The notes below the pieces were generated by a model. That model was not told where the DNA came from. It saw only the letters and a program-made list of their open reading frames with translations, and did no database searches. This document shows, piece after piece, positions 24,905-36,363 of a stretch of 64,000 nt of DNA (its first letter is position 1; each line of letters begins with the position of its first letter). Made by a program: the position numbers and the translations under genes. Origin of the DNA: Argopecten irradians (Eukaryota); assembly GCF_041381155.1 (NCBI RefSeq), contig NC_091142.1:29883528-29947527 (forward strand), given 5' to 3'.

Positions 24905-26095
24905 GGAATATCTGTTACCTGTCGTAGAGGTCTTCATGTTTTGAATTGTGATAGCCAGAAATTGTTCAGTCTGCTCTTGAAAGAGTTGATGTTTTCAGCA
25001 TCGACTATATTATCTGGTAATGTGTTCCAACTGTCGATGACGCGTTGTGAAAAGTTGTATTTTCTAATATCCAGTCTACAGTTGCTCTTTAGTAAATTAT
25101 ATTTGTATTATCCAGCTCCTTAGTCCAAATATTTAAAAACATCAATGAGTTGAGTTACACAGGAGTGTCCTTTCCTAAAGCCATGTTGATGTTTGGTGAA
25201 TAGGTTATTTGCTTCCATATGTTTCATAATTCATCACGTATAATTTTTTCCATTACTTTAGATGTAACTGAAGTGAGGCTGATTGGTCTACAGTTGCTCG
25301 CTAAGTTTTTGGGAACTTTTTTATGGATGGCTGTGATATTTTTTTATGGATGGCTGTGATATTTTTTATGGATGGCTGTGATATTTGCTGTTTTCGAGAC
25401 ACATTCTTCATCCAATGATCTTTGGAAGATGGTGGTTAGTGGCTGTGATAAGATTTGAGATGTTTCATTTAAAATCTTAGGATGTATTCCATCGGGGCCT
25501 TGAGATTTGTTAGGCTTGGTGTTCATTAGCAGTTTCTCCACTGATTTTTGATCGATAATGATGTTCTCAAGACGAGATTGAATTGTTCTTTCTCTGAATT
25601 GCGGGATATTAACTGTATCTTCCTCGGTGAAAACACGGGTGAAAAGGTTATTCGATGCTGTTGCTATATATCGCGGTCACTGGTATACATGTTTCCTTCG
25701 TCATCTTTGATGTTACTGATATTTCCGGTGGTTTTGGTTTTAGACTGAACATATTTCCAGAAGGATTTACCTACTGTCCATTTTAACATTATCTGCTAGC
25801 TGTTTCTCATAGTCTCTTTTAGTTAGCTTTACTTCGAGACTTGCTAACCTTTTTGCCCGGGTGTAATTTTCCTTGTTTGTAGGATTCCCACCATGATTGT
25901 ACTTTTTCCCCATTTTCTTCTTTTCTCACGTATGGCATTCATACTAGCATTCGTCATCCATGGTGTTCTGAAGGTCCTATTCTTTCCTTTACACTCTGGT
26001 ATGTGATCATTTATTTCTTTGTGTATTATATCGATAAAGGTAGACCAGGATTCAGGTCTAGTAAAGTATCAAATGTACTTTCAGTGATTTCTTTG
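24905..26095 (-). mobile_element. 5'-truncated, internally deleted CR1/L2-type non-LTR retrotransposon (LINE) relic
   Basis: The - strand translation gives ...RTPWMTNAS..DYEKQLA... then KPNKSQGPDGIHPKILNE...ITAIHKK(V)PKNLASNCRPISLTSVTSKVMEKIIRDELMKHMEANNLFTKHQHGFRKGHSCVTQLI (RT domains 0-2). It then jumps to the C-terminal block FSQRVIDSWNTLPDNIVDAENINSFKSRLNNFW. A 27-bp unit (tttttatggatggctgtgatattttt) is triplicated at 25320-25385 inside the RT region. Confidence 0.6.
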
Positions 26096-26199
26096 CCCTA
26101 TGTACTTTTAAAAGATGTTTTAAATAAATCTATTAGATATGCATATTCATTTAAAAAAAAACCTTCTTAATTAGTTGTTTCAATTGAGATCACATATCG

Positions 26200-26507
26200 T
26201 TAAAGTGAACAGTCGGGCAAGGATGGCTAAAGTCGGTAAAAATAGTGTGAATGTATACAATATAATTTCTTATGAAATGGAAAAATAATCTCTCTCGTCA
26301 AAATCTGTCTGCGTACGAAGAAATTAATTTAAAGTATGGAAATTCTAAAACGTCCTCGGATCCCGGCTCACTATGTCCGTGGTTGCTTTCAACTGGTCAG
26401 AACTGGGAAACTAAGCAGAACTTGACCGTCGTATTAATATGTGAGAACTTTTGGAAGGCCAATGAACGCATTTAGACTGGTTTTCTTTGCCCGACTATTC
26501 ACTTTAA
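26200..26507. mobile_element. MITE family C (about 308 bp), TIRs TTAAAGTGAA(C/T)AGTCGGGCAA
   Basis: Left ttaaagtgaacagtcgggcaagg and right ttgcccgactattcactttaa are reverse complements. Both termini start TTAAAG, as in family B. It abuts the 5' truncation point of the LINE relic. Confidence 0.55.
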
Positions 26508-26689
26508 ATGTGTTTCTGATGAAATATTTTCTTGCTTTACTACGCAAATAAAACGAAGACGCATGAGTGATTATTGATATTTTTAGATACCGGTAATAAA
26601 ACATTCGAATACGAGTTATTTCCCTTTTACCGGGAGCTGTCATCGATAAAAATAGAAACCATACGATTGGACAACTGAAAGGTCACGCC

Positions 26690-26756
26690 CACCTGACCGG
26701 CTTGCAGGATCTTGCTCAACATTCAGAAACTCTGCTGACGCACCTAGAAGAACAGG
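26690..26756 (+). other. MVP: Possible non-coding first exon (5' UTR) of MVP, speculative
   Basis: The ATG exon of MVP is directly preceded by an acceptor (tctgtttcag|ataatcaatcaaaATG), so an upstream exon is needed. 26690-26756 ends in a strong donor, gaagaacag|gtaagc, and lies in a relatively GC-rich block (ggtcacgcccacctgaccggcttgcagg). Confidence 0.2.
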
Positions 26757-29700
26757 TAAGCACTTTTCTCTCTGTTTTTTGCGTAGTAAATCGACACAAT
26801 TTAGTTTATCAATACAAATATTTCACACTAAACCTACGTTTACATGATGTCACTTCATGGAGATTATCAAAATTTGCATGAAACAATGCAAAGTTCACAA
26901 TTTTTTTTACTTCCGCTTACAAAAGATCGATCAAACAGTCCTGTTGATTGGGGTTATCTTGGCGACGAAAACAACAGTTCACTAAAAATTAACAATGTCA
27001 GCAAAATAATTTTGATATTACCATAGAAAACTGACTGTCAAAGTAATGTTGTAATTGCTTTATCTAAATTGACGTCTAATACGCAAATCGCAATGAAAGC
27101 TAATAAATATTTTGCTAGACCAAATAATGCATTGCACAACATTTCCTAAGGGAAGTTGGTAGTAAGACATTCATCTATTTATTGGAATCGATTGCAATGT
27201 CCATTTTTATATTATTTATACGTACATATATCATCAAATTCAATATTTATGCCATGTTTTTTGGTAAAACGTAAAAGCACACATACGTGTAATGTAAACC
27301 GATCAAATGTGCATGTACACGCTTGATCAAAGATAGTTTGACGTCAAAGGGTAATCATGGCTATTTTTAAACATGGGTTTGTCCCAAATATCAACCAAAC
27401 AAAGTCTTGCAGACACAAAGATAGTACTCGGGGATTTCTATGTGGTTGTGAAATACAGTTGGCCAGATATACTCATAAAAGGTTCAGTATGATAAGTCTT
27501 ATTGGTAACCTAATGATACACACTTTAGCAGCCAATAGACAAGTTTACAAAGCGTTGCCGACAAAGCATTGTTAGTCACCAATGACAGGGCAGCACTTTT
27601 ACCCTATAAAACCAAGCCTGTGTCAGTGTATAAGTCAGTTCCATGGATAAACATGTGCTGGTGTGAATATAGTTGCTTCAGACCATCAGGTTGTGACTGA
27701 AGATATCTTGCCATACTTTTAATTTGGCTTGGGCTGTTAACCCTGGCAGTCTACGCTTTGGTGCTAAATTCATTTATTTATCTCCACATAGGTAAGACTG
27801 TATGCTATATTTGTTTGTTTCCTTTGTTACGCTAATTGAAACTTAATATAATAATAATGTATCAGGTATATCAAACTTATATATTAGTGTTATTAGAACA
27901 AATTCAATGTTTTAGTGATTTTAAGCAATACGCCAGTCTCATAGCCTGATACAAGTTTATATATAAAAGCTAAGTGCATAATGCTTTTCAGATAAAACCC
28001 TATGTATTGTTTTCTATTGTGATGCAGTTTATTGTGTAATGTTTTTCATATGATAAGATCTTCTATTACTAAATGATGAGGGTATGAGTAATTGTATATA
28101 CATTTAGACAGTATGTGTATATGTATGACTCAAATGCAACATACATTTGTTATAGGCACTCTTATTCACTAAACATGGTTATCTTCAGAAAATTAAATAC
28201 ATTCTGTAAATGTACATTTACTATCATCATGCCTCAAAATTAAGCAATCTATATCTGAAGTTACCTAAATGTACAAACTTTATATCTCTTCATCCTGGAT
28301 TGGTTTATTTGCAGCATGTATCCATGTAGAGCTGAACATTTTTTTTCTATTTCATTTCTTTAGTACCTTTATTTAGTTGTCGGAAAAGATCAAATTATAA
28401 TTTGTGTGACATGCAAATTGAAATATATATATAATCAGAAATGGAGCTCTTGGGCATTTTTACCTGTGTTTTGTTTTACACAATGAACTAACATATATAC
28501 TGAAATAGGCTTGAACTTTGTAACAAGCCCCTGTGACTAAGATTGAAAAGCAATAGTATTGATTTACTCTGCAATTGTAAGATCAAGGATTACATGATGA
28601 AATATCATGAAATAGTATTAATGTACTGATCAGAGGCCCGACTGTAAAGGACATATATGTTTTTTATGTAACATACACTGAATGTATATCAGTTTCTTTT
28701 CTAAAACTTTAAAGCAATGATTTGAGAATAATTATTATAAGCATGTGGCTTGCAGTCATAATTGGTAACGGACCAAACCCCTGTGATCTATCTACTGTTA
28801 TACTGTGGGTGCGTACACCATGCATCTCACTGTCACTCTACAAGGAAGTGTGTGTAGTGTTGGTTTTTTGTAAGGTGTCAAGTACATGGTATCATGTACA
28901 ATCTAAAGTCTTCCTGTATTATATCCTGCTTGTCCATTTTGTACTAAAAAAATATAATAAAGCAAGGTGTTTCGTACAAGATCTATTATTTTTAAGGGAC
29001 ATAAAATTATCAAAGTTGAAAGATTTTAACAAACCAGTTCAGCAACTATTGCACTAAGATAAGATTTTATTGAACATGTTCGTGAAATAAAAAAATAAAT
29101 GTAAAATTGAGGTTTTTACTCTTTATCAAAATGTGAAAAGGATTGCTAAAGTTGAAGTTGGTCTGTATGATTTGTGCTGTAATATGTTGTATACATGAAT
29201 CACATGTTCAACTCTTTTGATCGACTGTGTGTAATTGGGTACCTGATAGTGCTTTGTCATCAATATCTAAGTAATCAATGCTCTATAAATAGGCTACAGA
29301 GGCCGGCCTACAGGTACATGTAATACTTGAACATGTTGGCACAGATCCAGGGTACACATACCAAATACACAGTAGAATTGAAGTCTACATTATAATCCTT
29401 TGTATCCATGTTCAGTAGACCTTGTACTTAGTTGATACAGTAAGCTACACACTTTATATGATATATAGTCATATAGAGGGTCATTACAGAAGCCAATTTT
29501 TCACTGACCTTCAGATCATTCGTGTTTTGATCTGAATGTTCTGACTGGTAGGGATATTGTGTAATATCATGGGTATATTAACAAGCAATTATAATCCCTA
29601 CTGAATGCTTACAGGTTTTTGTCTGATAAATACCACAAAATCCTCACTGAAAAATAAAACCCAAGCCATTCTACCTATACTGAAAATAAACATGTTTTGA

Positions 29701-30173
29701 AAAGTTTTGTTTTCTAACTGTTTGTGTACACATTTAAATCCGTCAGAGTTACATCCCTTTCTTTTCAGTATAATATGGACAGCCAGAGGGATTTAGCATG
29801 AGGATTTTGATATACATACAATATGTAATATGAAGTAGCTGCTGAATACTTCATTAAATTACATAAAGTGATTGATAATTCTTATAATACCATAGTGAAT
29901 GTGAAGCGATTCTGCGTAATTTACATGATGACAAATGAGATCTACTCCGAGTTTGCTGACATATATATCCATACATCTTAATTCATCTCTGGGTCAGGAG
30001 TTAAAGTCCAAAGTTGGATACCTGCCAGGTACTGACTGCTTGTCAGTGTTTTTCAGCTGTCCATTTACTGAAATTAAAAGATATTGATGTAAGATTATAG
30101 CTAATAATTCAAATATTTTGCTAATTGAAGTAACGAATCAGAATTTGTTGTCTGTTTCAGATAATCAATCAAA

Positions 30174-30316
30174 ATGTCAACCTCACGTCGTGGAGGGGAG
30201 GAGCTCTCCCTGTTCAGGATTCCTCCCTATTACTACCTCCATGTCCTTGACCAGAATCTCAATGTCACCCGCCTGGAGATCGGGCCCCAAACATACATCC
30301 GACAGGACAATGAAAG
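30174..30316 (+). CDS. MVP: Major vault protein, coding exon 1 ([47 protein letters not shown]-)
   Basis: Near-identical to the MVP N-terminus ([35 protein letters not shown]). Donor GAAAG|gtaaaa, phase 2. Confidence 0.85.
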
Positions 30317-30778
30317 GTAAAAAACAATAAGATGTGCTGGAAAAGGTCCAGTGGTCTGCTGACACTTTTCAGGGTCTCATCGGGCTGTACTCATGATTAA
30401 TATAAGATATTTTTGACTGGTAAGGAATTTAACCATAATTGCAAGTAACTTTTCGGAAAGAGTGAATTTGAAAGGAAAGTACTATCAGGAGTAAACAGGG
30501 GAAATTTTGTAATTTTTCTTGATTTTTTTTGTAAATCTGAGCTGATTCCAGTGAGTAATTCCCCACTCTAAAAGTTATTAGTCAAACATCTATATTGACT
30601 TCTAAAGATTATCAATATGGAGAATATATGGGAGATTTTTAATCTAATGAAAAAACCCAATGGTTTCTTATTTTGATTTATGAATTATATAAACTCAAAA
30701 ATTGAAAATATTAACGGTATTGATATAGTTTGGGGTATTAGACCAGATTTTAATATTTGAATATTTTTTTATTGACAG

Positions 30779-30974
30779 GGTTGTGTTTGGCCCTGAGAAG
30801 ATGATCACAGTGCCCCCAAGGCATTACTGTGTGATTGAGAACCCCCATGTCCGTGACAAGGACAGCAAAGTTGTTCTAGACAGCAGTGGTCAAGCCAAGC
30901 TTCTCCATGCTGACCAGGAGATTCGTCTCGCACAAGACCCTTTCCCACTCTACCCAGGAGAGGTCTTGAAACAG
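30779..30974 (+). CDS. MVP: Major vault protein, coding exon 2 ([23 protein letters not shown]...[12 protein letters not shown])
   Basis: Acceptor ttattgacag|GG and donor AACAG|gtaaat. The VTVPPRHYC and [13 protein letters not shown] motifs are diagnostic of MVP. Confidence 0.85.
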
Positions 30975-31401
30975 GTAAATACATGCACATCTATTAAATA
31001 TCATATACAGTCAAACTTTATTATAAGCCCTGAGAGTCTGAATAATGTAACTTGTGGTCTTGAACCAGGATAATATCTGAACAAATACATACTGTATAAA
31101 TATATATTCAATACAATGTATTCAAAATTTATTATCTTAAAACTTGGAAAAGATAATTTAAATGTTTTGATGAGGAATTGTTTTGAGGAAATATAAACTA
31201 GTGTCATGGCCTTAGTGACTTTCAGATATACTGGGTATTAAAGATTTAGTTGAACAATTCCATAATCTGTCATGATAGTATGCAGGTGTTATGACTACAA
31301 ATAGCTAATCCAGAAAAACAAAGATGAACAAAAAATATTCACTAAAATCTAGTGACAGTGAGTGTTAGTCACATAATACATCTATATGATTATGTTTGTA
31401 G

Positions 31402-31752
31402 GTTGTGACCCCCCTGAAAGTTGTGAATGCCAACTCGGCACTGCGTTTGAGATCCATTCTCGACTTTGTGGGAGAAGGAGACGAGAAGAGAACAGCTGGA
31501 GATGAGTGGCTGTTTGAGGGCCCTGGAACCTACATCCCACGAAAGGAAGTGGTCATTGATGAGACGATACGTGCCACGGTGATCCGTCCTAACCAGGCTA
31601 TACGTCTACGGGCTCGTAAAGAGACCATTGACCGTCAGGGAACTCCCCGAGTGACCGGAGAGGAATGGCTGGTTAAGAAGACCGGAGCTTACCTCCCTGG
31701 AGCTTACGAGGAAGTTGTTGATATTGTCAACGCCTTTGTTCTCACAGACAAG
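31402..31752 (+). CDS. MVP: Major vault protein, coding exon 3 (VVTPLKVV...[18 protein letters not shown]...[10 protein letters not shown]...FVLTDK)
   Basis: Acceptor tgtttgtag|GTT and donor GACAAG|gtacgt. 351 nt, phase 0-0. MVP repeat-domain motifs are present. Confidence 0.85.
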
Positions 31753-31857
31753 GTACGTTTGTTTAGTAGAAATATTAATGAACTTTTTTTTAGAATTGAA
31801 AAAGAATTTTGAAAGGAGAAAAGTACATCATTTCTTGTTTTTGTATTTGCTAAAATT

Positions 31858-32345
31858 ATTCCTCCTTTATTGTAAGCTTCCTTCATTAGCTTCCTTTTCC
31901 TCTAAGCTCCCTTCCCCTCTAAGCTCCCTTTCCTCTAAGCTCCTTTCCCCTCTAAGCTCCCTTGCTATCTAAGTTCCATTCTCCTCTAAGCTCCCTTTCC
32001 CTCTTAGCTCCTGTTTCACTTAACAGACCCCTTTCTCTCTAAGCTCCCTTCCTTTCTAAGCTCACTTCCTTTCTAAGCTCCCTTTCTCTCTAAACTCCAT
32101 TTCCCTCTTAGCTCCTGTTTCACTTAACAGACCCCTTCCCCTCTAAGCTTCCTTTCCGTTTAAGATTCTTTCCCCTCTAAGCCTCCTTACCATCTAAGCT
32201 CCCTTCCTCTCTAAGCTTCCTTCTCCTCTAAGCTCCCTTCCCCTTTAAGTTATCTTTGCCTCTAAGATCCCTTCTCCTCTAACTCCTCTTTCCCTAAACA
32301 CACCCTCCCTCTTTATGTGCCTCTTCCCTTGTAAGTTCCTGTCCC
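31858..32345. repeat. Pyrimidine-rich minisatellite in MVP intron 3 (16-18-bp unit CTCTAAGCTCCCTTYCC, about 28 copies) with a ~110-bp higher-order repeat
   Basis: Tandem units seen directly. cctcttagctcctgtttcacttaacagacccct recurs at about 31996 and about 32106. Confidence 0.85.
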
Positions 32346-32452
32346 ACTCCTAAGAACAGTTTTTAATCATATTTTAAATTAGAACTCTTTTCTTACCATG
32401 CATTGGTACTTTAACTTGAGATGTACATCTTTTTTTTCTGATGTTGTTACAG

Positions 32453-32578
32453 AAAGCTCTTCACATGAGATCCCTGAGAACATTCAAGGATGACTTCGGA
32501 GTGGTTAGGAAGAATGGAGAGGAATGGCTGATAACAATGTCAGAGACAGAAACACATATCCCAAATGTCTATGAGGAG
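32453..32578 (+). CDS. MVP: Major vault protein, coding exon 4 (KALHMRSLRTFKDDFGVVRKNGEEWLITMSETETHIPNVYEE)
   Basis: Acceptor gttgttacag|AAAGCT and donor GAGGAG|gttagt. 126 nt. Confidence 0.8.
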
Positions 32579-32800
32579 GTTAGTGTGTTAACATTTTACT
32601 GTCACAAGACTGTCAAAGAGGTGAAATTTCACCAAATCTCCTCTGGATTTTCATTGAAACCTTTAACTTCTTTGGCAATGTCAGCAAAGATTTCATGTAT
32701 AAATAGTTGGCTCCTTAGTTTGTTTCTACTAATATATTTTTTTATAAATTACATATAGCCATGTATTTCCATGATTGCATGATTGTTTCCATGGTTACAG

Positions 32801-32911
32801 GTTGTGGGTGTGGTCTCCATCACAACTTTGACGTCCCGTCAGTACTGTGTAATTTTGGATCCCTGTGATGATTCCGGACGTCCACAATTGGGACGCAAGA
32901 AGCTGGTCAAG
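32801..32911 (+). CDS. MVP: Major vault protein, coding exon 5 ([37 protein letters not shown])
   Basis: Acceptor atggttacag|GTT and donor GTCAAG|gtcagt. 111 nt. Compare human ...YCVILDP..QLGQKRVVKGEKSFFL. Confidence 0.8.
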
Positions 32912-33313
32912 GTCAGTATACACCAAAGTTAAGGAACTCGGTTTAGTCTGACTGGTGTTTATTTTTGTAAATGAATAATGTGAAAAATAAATGTAAAAAT
33001 TTCAACAATATTACATATATATACATGTATATTAAACATGCCTGTCATATATTTGTTGTAATAGGAAGTGAATAATTATGTACAGTGTAGTTTAAAGTTT
33101 ATTTCGTCTCCAAATGCAAATTACGGACCAAGATCATTGACTAGAAATTGTCTCGGAGCAAAATCTTCCTATGTCTGTTTTGTGGCTGCTTGGTAAAAGT
33201 ATGTTTGAACATAAAATTTAGTGAAAAAATAAAATATTTTCCTCTTTTGAATTACCTCTATTTGTTAAGATCTTTTTATATGATCTTTTTATATGTATAT
33301 TTAACTTTTATAG

Positions 33314-33589
33314 GGAGAGAAATCTTTCTTCCTGCTGCCTGGTGAGCGCTTAGAACGAGGTATTCAGAACATTTACGTCCTTGGTGAAGAGGAGGGCCTG
33401 ATCCTCAAGGCGACAGAAACATTTACAGATGAGGACGCGAAGGAGGACCGTCGTCCTGGTGACCGATGGATGATCCGTGGACCAAAAGAATATGTACCAG
33501 TCACTGAGGTAGAAGTTGTCCTGAAGAGACGAGCTATTCCATTGGACGAGAATGAGGGTATCTACGTCCGTGATATCAAAACTGGAAAG
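33314..33589 (+). CDS. MVP: Major vault protein, coding exon 6 ([23 protein letters not shown]...[19 protein letters not shown])
   Basis: Acceptor ttttatag|GGAGAG and donor GGAAAG|gtaaga. 276 nt. Confidence 0.85.
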
Positions 33590-33807
33590 GTAAGAGGTTT
33601 GTGAAGATCAAGGGGTCAAGAGTAATTACAGTTTATGAATTTCCAATCACAAGTAAAATGCTGGATATTAAATGACTATGTTTCATCATTCATACTAAAA
33701 ATGCAAAATCGAAAGTCTTGTCTAGTGTTCTGTTCAAAATTTAATGCATTTCAATGTTGTTTTTCTGTACAAAAGATTCAAAGGAGTATATAACGTGATC
33801 CTTTCAG

Positions 33808-34392
33808 GTTCGTGCTGTCACTGCTGAGACATACATGTTGAACCATGATGAGGAATTATGGGAGAAAGAACTCCCTCCTGCTGTGGAAACCCTCCTGGCC
33901 CAGGGTAAAGATCCCTTGGCTGACCGCGGTACAAGAGGAGGACAGAGCAGTGATTCTTCAAAGGGTCGGGACAAGACAAAGGTTGTGACCTTCCGTGTGC
34001 CCCACAATGCAGCTGTACAGATATATGATTACAAAGAGAAGAAAGCTAGAGTTGTGTTTGGCCCAGAGCTGGTTATGCTTGGCCCTGATGAACAATTCAC
34101 ACAGCTCAGCTTGTCTGGTGGCAAACCAAAGAAACCTAACACTATCAAATCACTTTGCCTGTTGCTTGGCCCAGACTTCATGACAGATATCATCGTCGTG
34201 GAAACAGCTGATCACGCACGACTCAGTCTTCAGTTGTCATACAACTGGCACTTTGAGATTAAGGACAAGTCCCAGGTCTCTGACGCCCATAAAATCTTCA
34301 GTGTGCCTGATTTCGTTGGTGATGCCTGCAAGGCAATCGCCTCCAGAGTGCGAGGAGCAGTTGCCCAAGTACAGTTTGATGACTTCCACAAG
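33808..34392 (+). CDS. MVP: Major vault protein, coding exon 7 ([24 protein letters not shown]...[25 protein letters not shown]...[32 protein letters not shown])
   Basis: Acceptor cctttcag|GTTCGT and donor CACAAG|gtgagt. 585 nt. Long near-identical stretches to vertebrate MVP. Confidence 0.9.
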
Positions 34393-34597
34393 GTGAGTGT
34401 TCAGCATTAGTAATTTTATCCTGTTGGATTTAGAATTAAAATCTCTTGCGGAAGTCATTTGTGGTTAGTTATATGCCAGCCATGAAGCGGACAGATTGTC
34501 ACCCGTGTTCATCCTGTCTTGTTGCGTCATATCCAAGTTTATTTTATCGCAGTGGATGACATTTAAGTCTTAAAGACATTTCTAGTTCATAAAAGGG

Positions 34598-34835
34598 ACA
34601 ATTCAGCCTAAGAGAACATTAAAATTTGTACATATACCGAAAAAAAGCCAGTTCTAATGAAAATAAGATCAGTCGGTTTTACTGTGGCATGCCAGAAAAA
34701 CCCATGGTGGCGAAATGCGTGTGGAGTGTTCAAACTCATTCGCTGTCCACCATTACACATTGTGGTCGAACATCTTGAATGCCGAACCCTGTCCCTTGCT
34801 CGTAGAGTAATGCTACACATGTACTTTTGTCTAGA
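34598..34835 (+). mobile_element. MITE family B, 3'-truncated copy inside MVP intron 7
   Basis: aaagggacaattcagcctaagagaacattaaaatttgtacatata...ccgaaccctgtcccttgctcgtagagtaatg is collinear with 3234-3470. There is no right TIR. Confidence 0.55.
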
Positions 34836-34933
34836 AGTGCTCAAATCGTTCTGACATTTTGATGACAGATGACAACTGTCATTTTACACCAAATGTTTCT
34901 GAAATTGAAATTATTTAATACTTTATGTTACAG

Positions 34934-35389
34934 AACTCTGCCAGAATTATCAGATCTTCAGTGTTTGGCTTTGATGAGAAGGATAAGGTGCGAGATCAGT
35001 TTGTATTTAACCAGAACTGTCTGATGATCACCAGTATTGATATCCAGTCTGTGGAACCAGTTGACCAGAGAACACGCGACGCTCTACAGAAGTCTGTCCA
35101 GCTCGCCATCGAGATCACCACCAACTCCCAGGAGGCCACGGCCAGACACGAGGCCGAACGTCTCGAACAGGAGGCTAAGGGTCGGTTAGAGCGACAGAAG
35201 ATCAGTGACGAAGCTGAGGCTGAGAAGTCTCGCAAAGAACTGCTGGAACTCCAGGCTAACAGTGCCGCTGTGGAGAGTACTGGCCAAGCTAAGGCGGAGG
35301 CTCAGTCTCGTGCCGAGGCATCGAGGATTGAGGGAGAAGCTGCCGTGGAGCAGGCTAAACTCAAGGCCCAGGCCATGAAGATTGAAGCT
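34934..35389 (+). CDS. MVP: Major vault protein, coding exon 8 (NSARIIR...[30 protein letters not shown]...[10 protein letters not shown])
   Basis: Acceptor tatgttacag|AACTCT and donor GAAGCT|gtaagt. 456 nt. Shoulder and cap-helix region. Confidence 0.9.
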
Positions 35390-36024
35390 GTAAGTAAAAA
35401 TATCAGTTTGTCATTGTAAGTTTGATAATTTAGCCCCATAGAATAGCCTTATTGCTGTGATTTTTAAATGTCAAGAAAGGAAACAAGAACAAAACATATC
35501 TGGAGTTAAGAAGACTTGGCAAATGTGTGATTTCTGCTTTTGTTTTAACACATATTTCTGAAGTGCATTCTGCAAACATCCTTAATCTCAAAAATCACAA
35601 AACAAAAGCCAGAATCACTTGGTCTTATGGTCTGTTTTTGGCGTTTGTTTGTGAGTTCTTGAAAAACCATGTTATGTACCTTTGAGATTTTTTTTGTTTC
35701 AATTAGAAATAATGAAAATAGTTACATCAATACTTATAATTAATTTTTTCAGACTCCTTGATGACACAAAATATGTTTAAACGTACGATTCCATTGGTTT
35801 TCCAAAGGATCATGTTTTCTAAATCATACAAAATGTTGAAATCTCTATGTGACGTCATAACAACTTTGGGTTGCCGTGCCATTCTTAAGTCTTTTCTTCA
35901 TAGTATATAAAGAAAAAGAATCTGCCAATCAGAAAGTCGGATTTAGTAAGAAAACAAATAAAAATTAATTATAGGAAGTTGATACTCAAAAACTTCAATT
36001 CATAGATTTGTTCATGGTTTTCAG

Positions 36025-36363
36025 GAATCCGAGCTGGAGAGACTGACCAGTGCTCGGGAGGCTGAACTTAAGTACATTCGTGAACAGAATGATATGGAGC
36101 TCAGCAAATCTAAAGAAATGTCCGCCATCGAAACGGAGAAGTTCAAGAACATGGTGGACGCTATCGGAGCCAGCACACTCCAGTCTATCGCTGTGTCTGG
36201 GCCAGAGATGCAGGTCAAGATGTTGACCGCCCTTGGACTGAAATCTACACTCATTACCGATGGCAGCAGTCCCATCAACCTGTTCAACACCGCCAATGGA
36301 TTGATTGGCGGTCAGCTGGTTCCATCTAAACGCCGTCATGCTGAATCCGATGAGGAGGATTAA
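36025..36363 (+). CDS. MVP: Major vault protein, terminal coding exon 9 ([21 protein letters not shown]...[41 protein letters not shown]...SDEED*)
   Basis: Acceptor catggttttcag|GAATCC and TAA at 36361-36363. [31 protein letters not shown] is the conserved MVP C-terminus. The total CDS is 2583 nt = 860 aa. Confidence 0.9.
   Translation, partial: ESELERLTSAREAELKYIREQNDMELSKSKEMSAIETEKFKNMVDAIGASTLQSIAVSGPEMQVKMLTALGLKSTLITDGSSPINLFNTANGLIGGQLVPSKRRHAESDEED

Noticed and set aside
26272-26475. ORF of 67 aa (MKWKNNLSRQNLSAYEEINLKYGNSKTSSDPGSLCPWLLSTGQNWETKQNLTVVLICENFWKANERI) lying wholly inside MITE family C
   Set aside because: It is too short for a transposase and has no DDE/DDD motifs. MITEs are non-autonomous, so this is most likely a chance ORF.
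33995-34183. ORFs in alternative frames within MVP exons (33995-34183 +, 34996-35235 -, 30805-30990 -)
   Set aside because: They overlap the strongly supported MVP reading frame and show no independent evidence.
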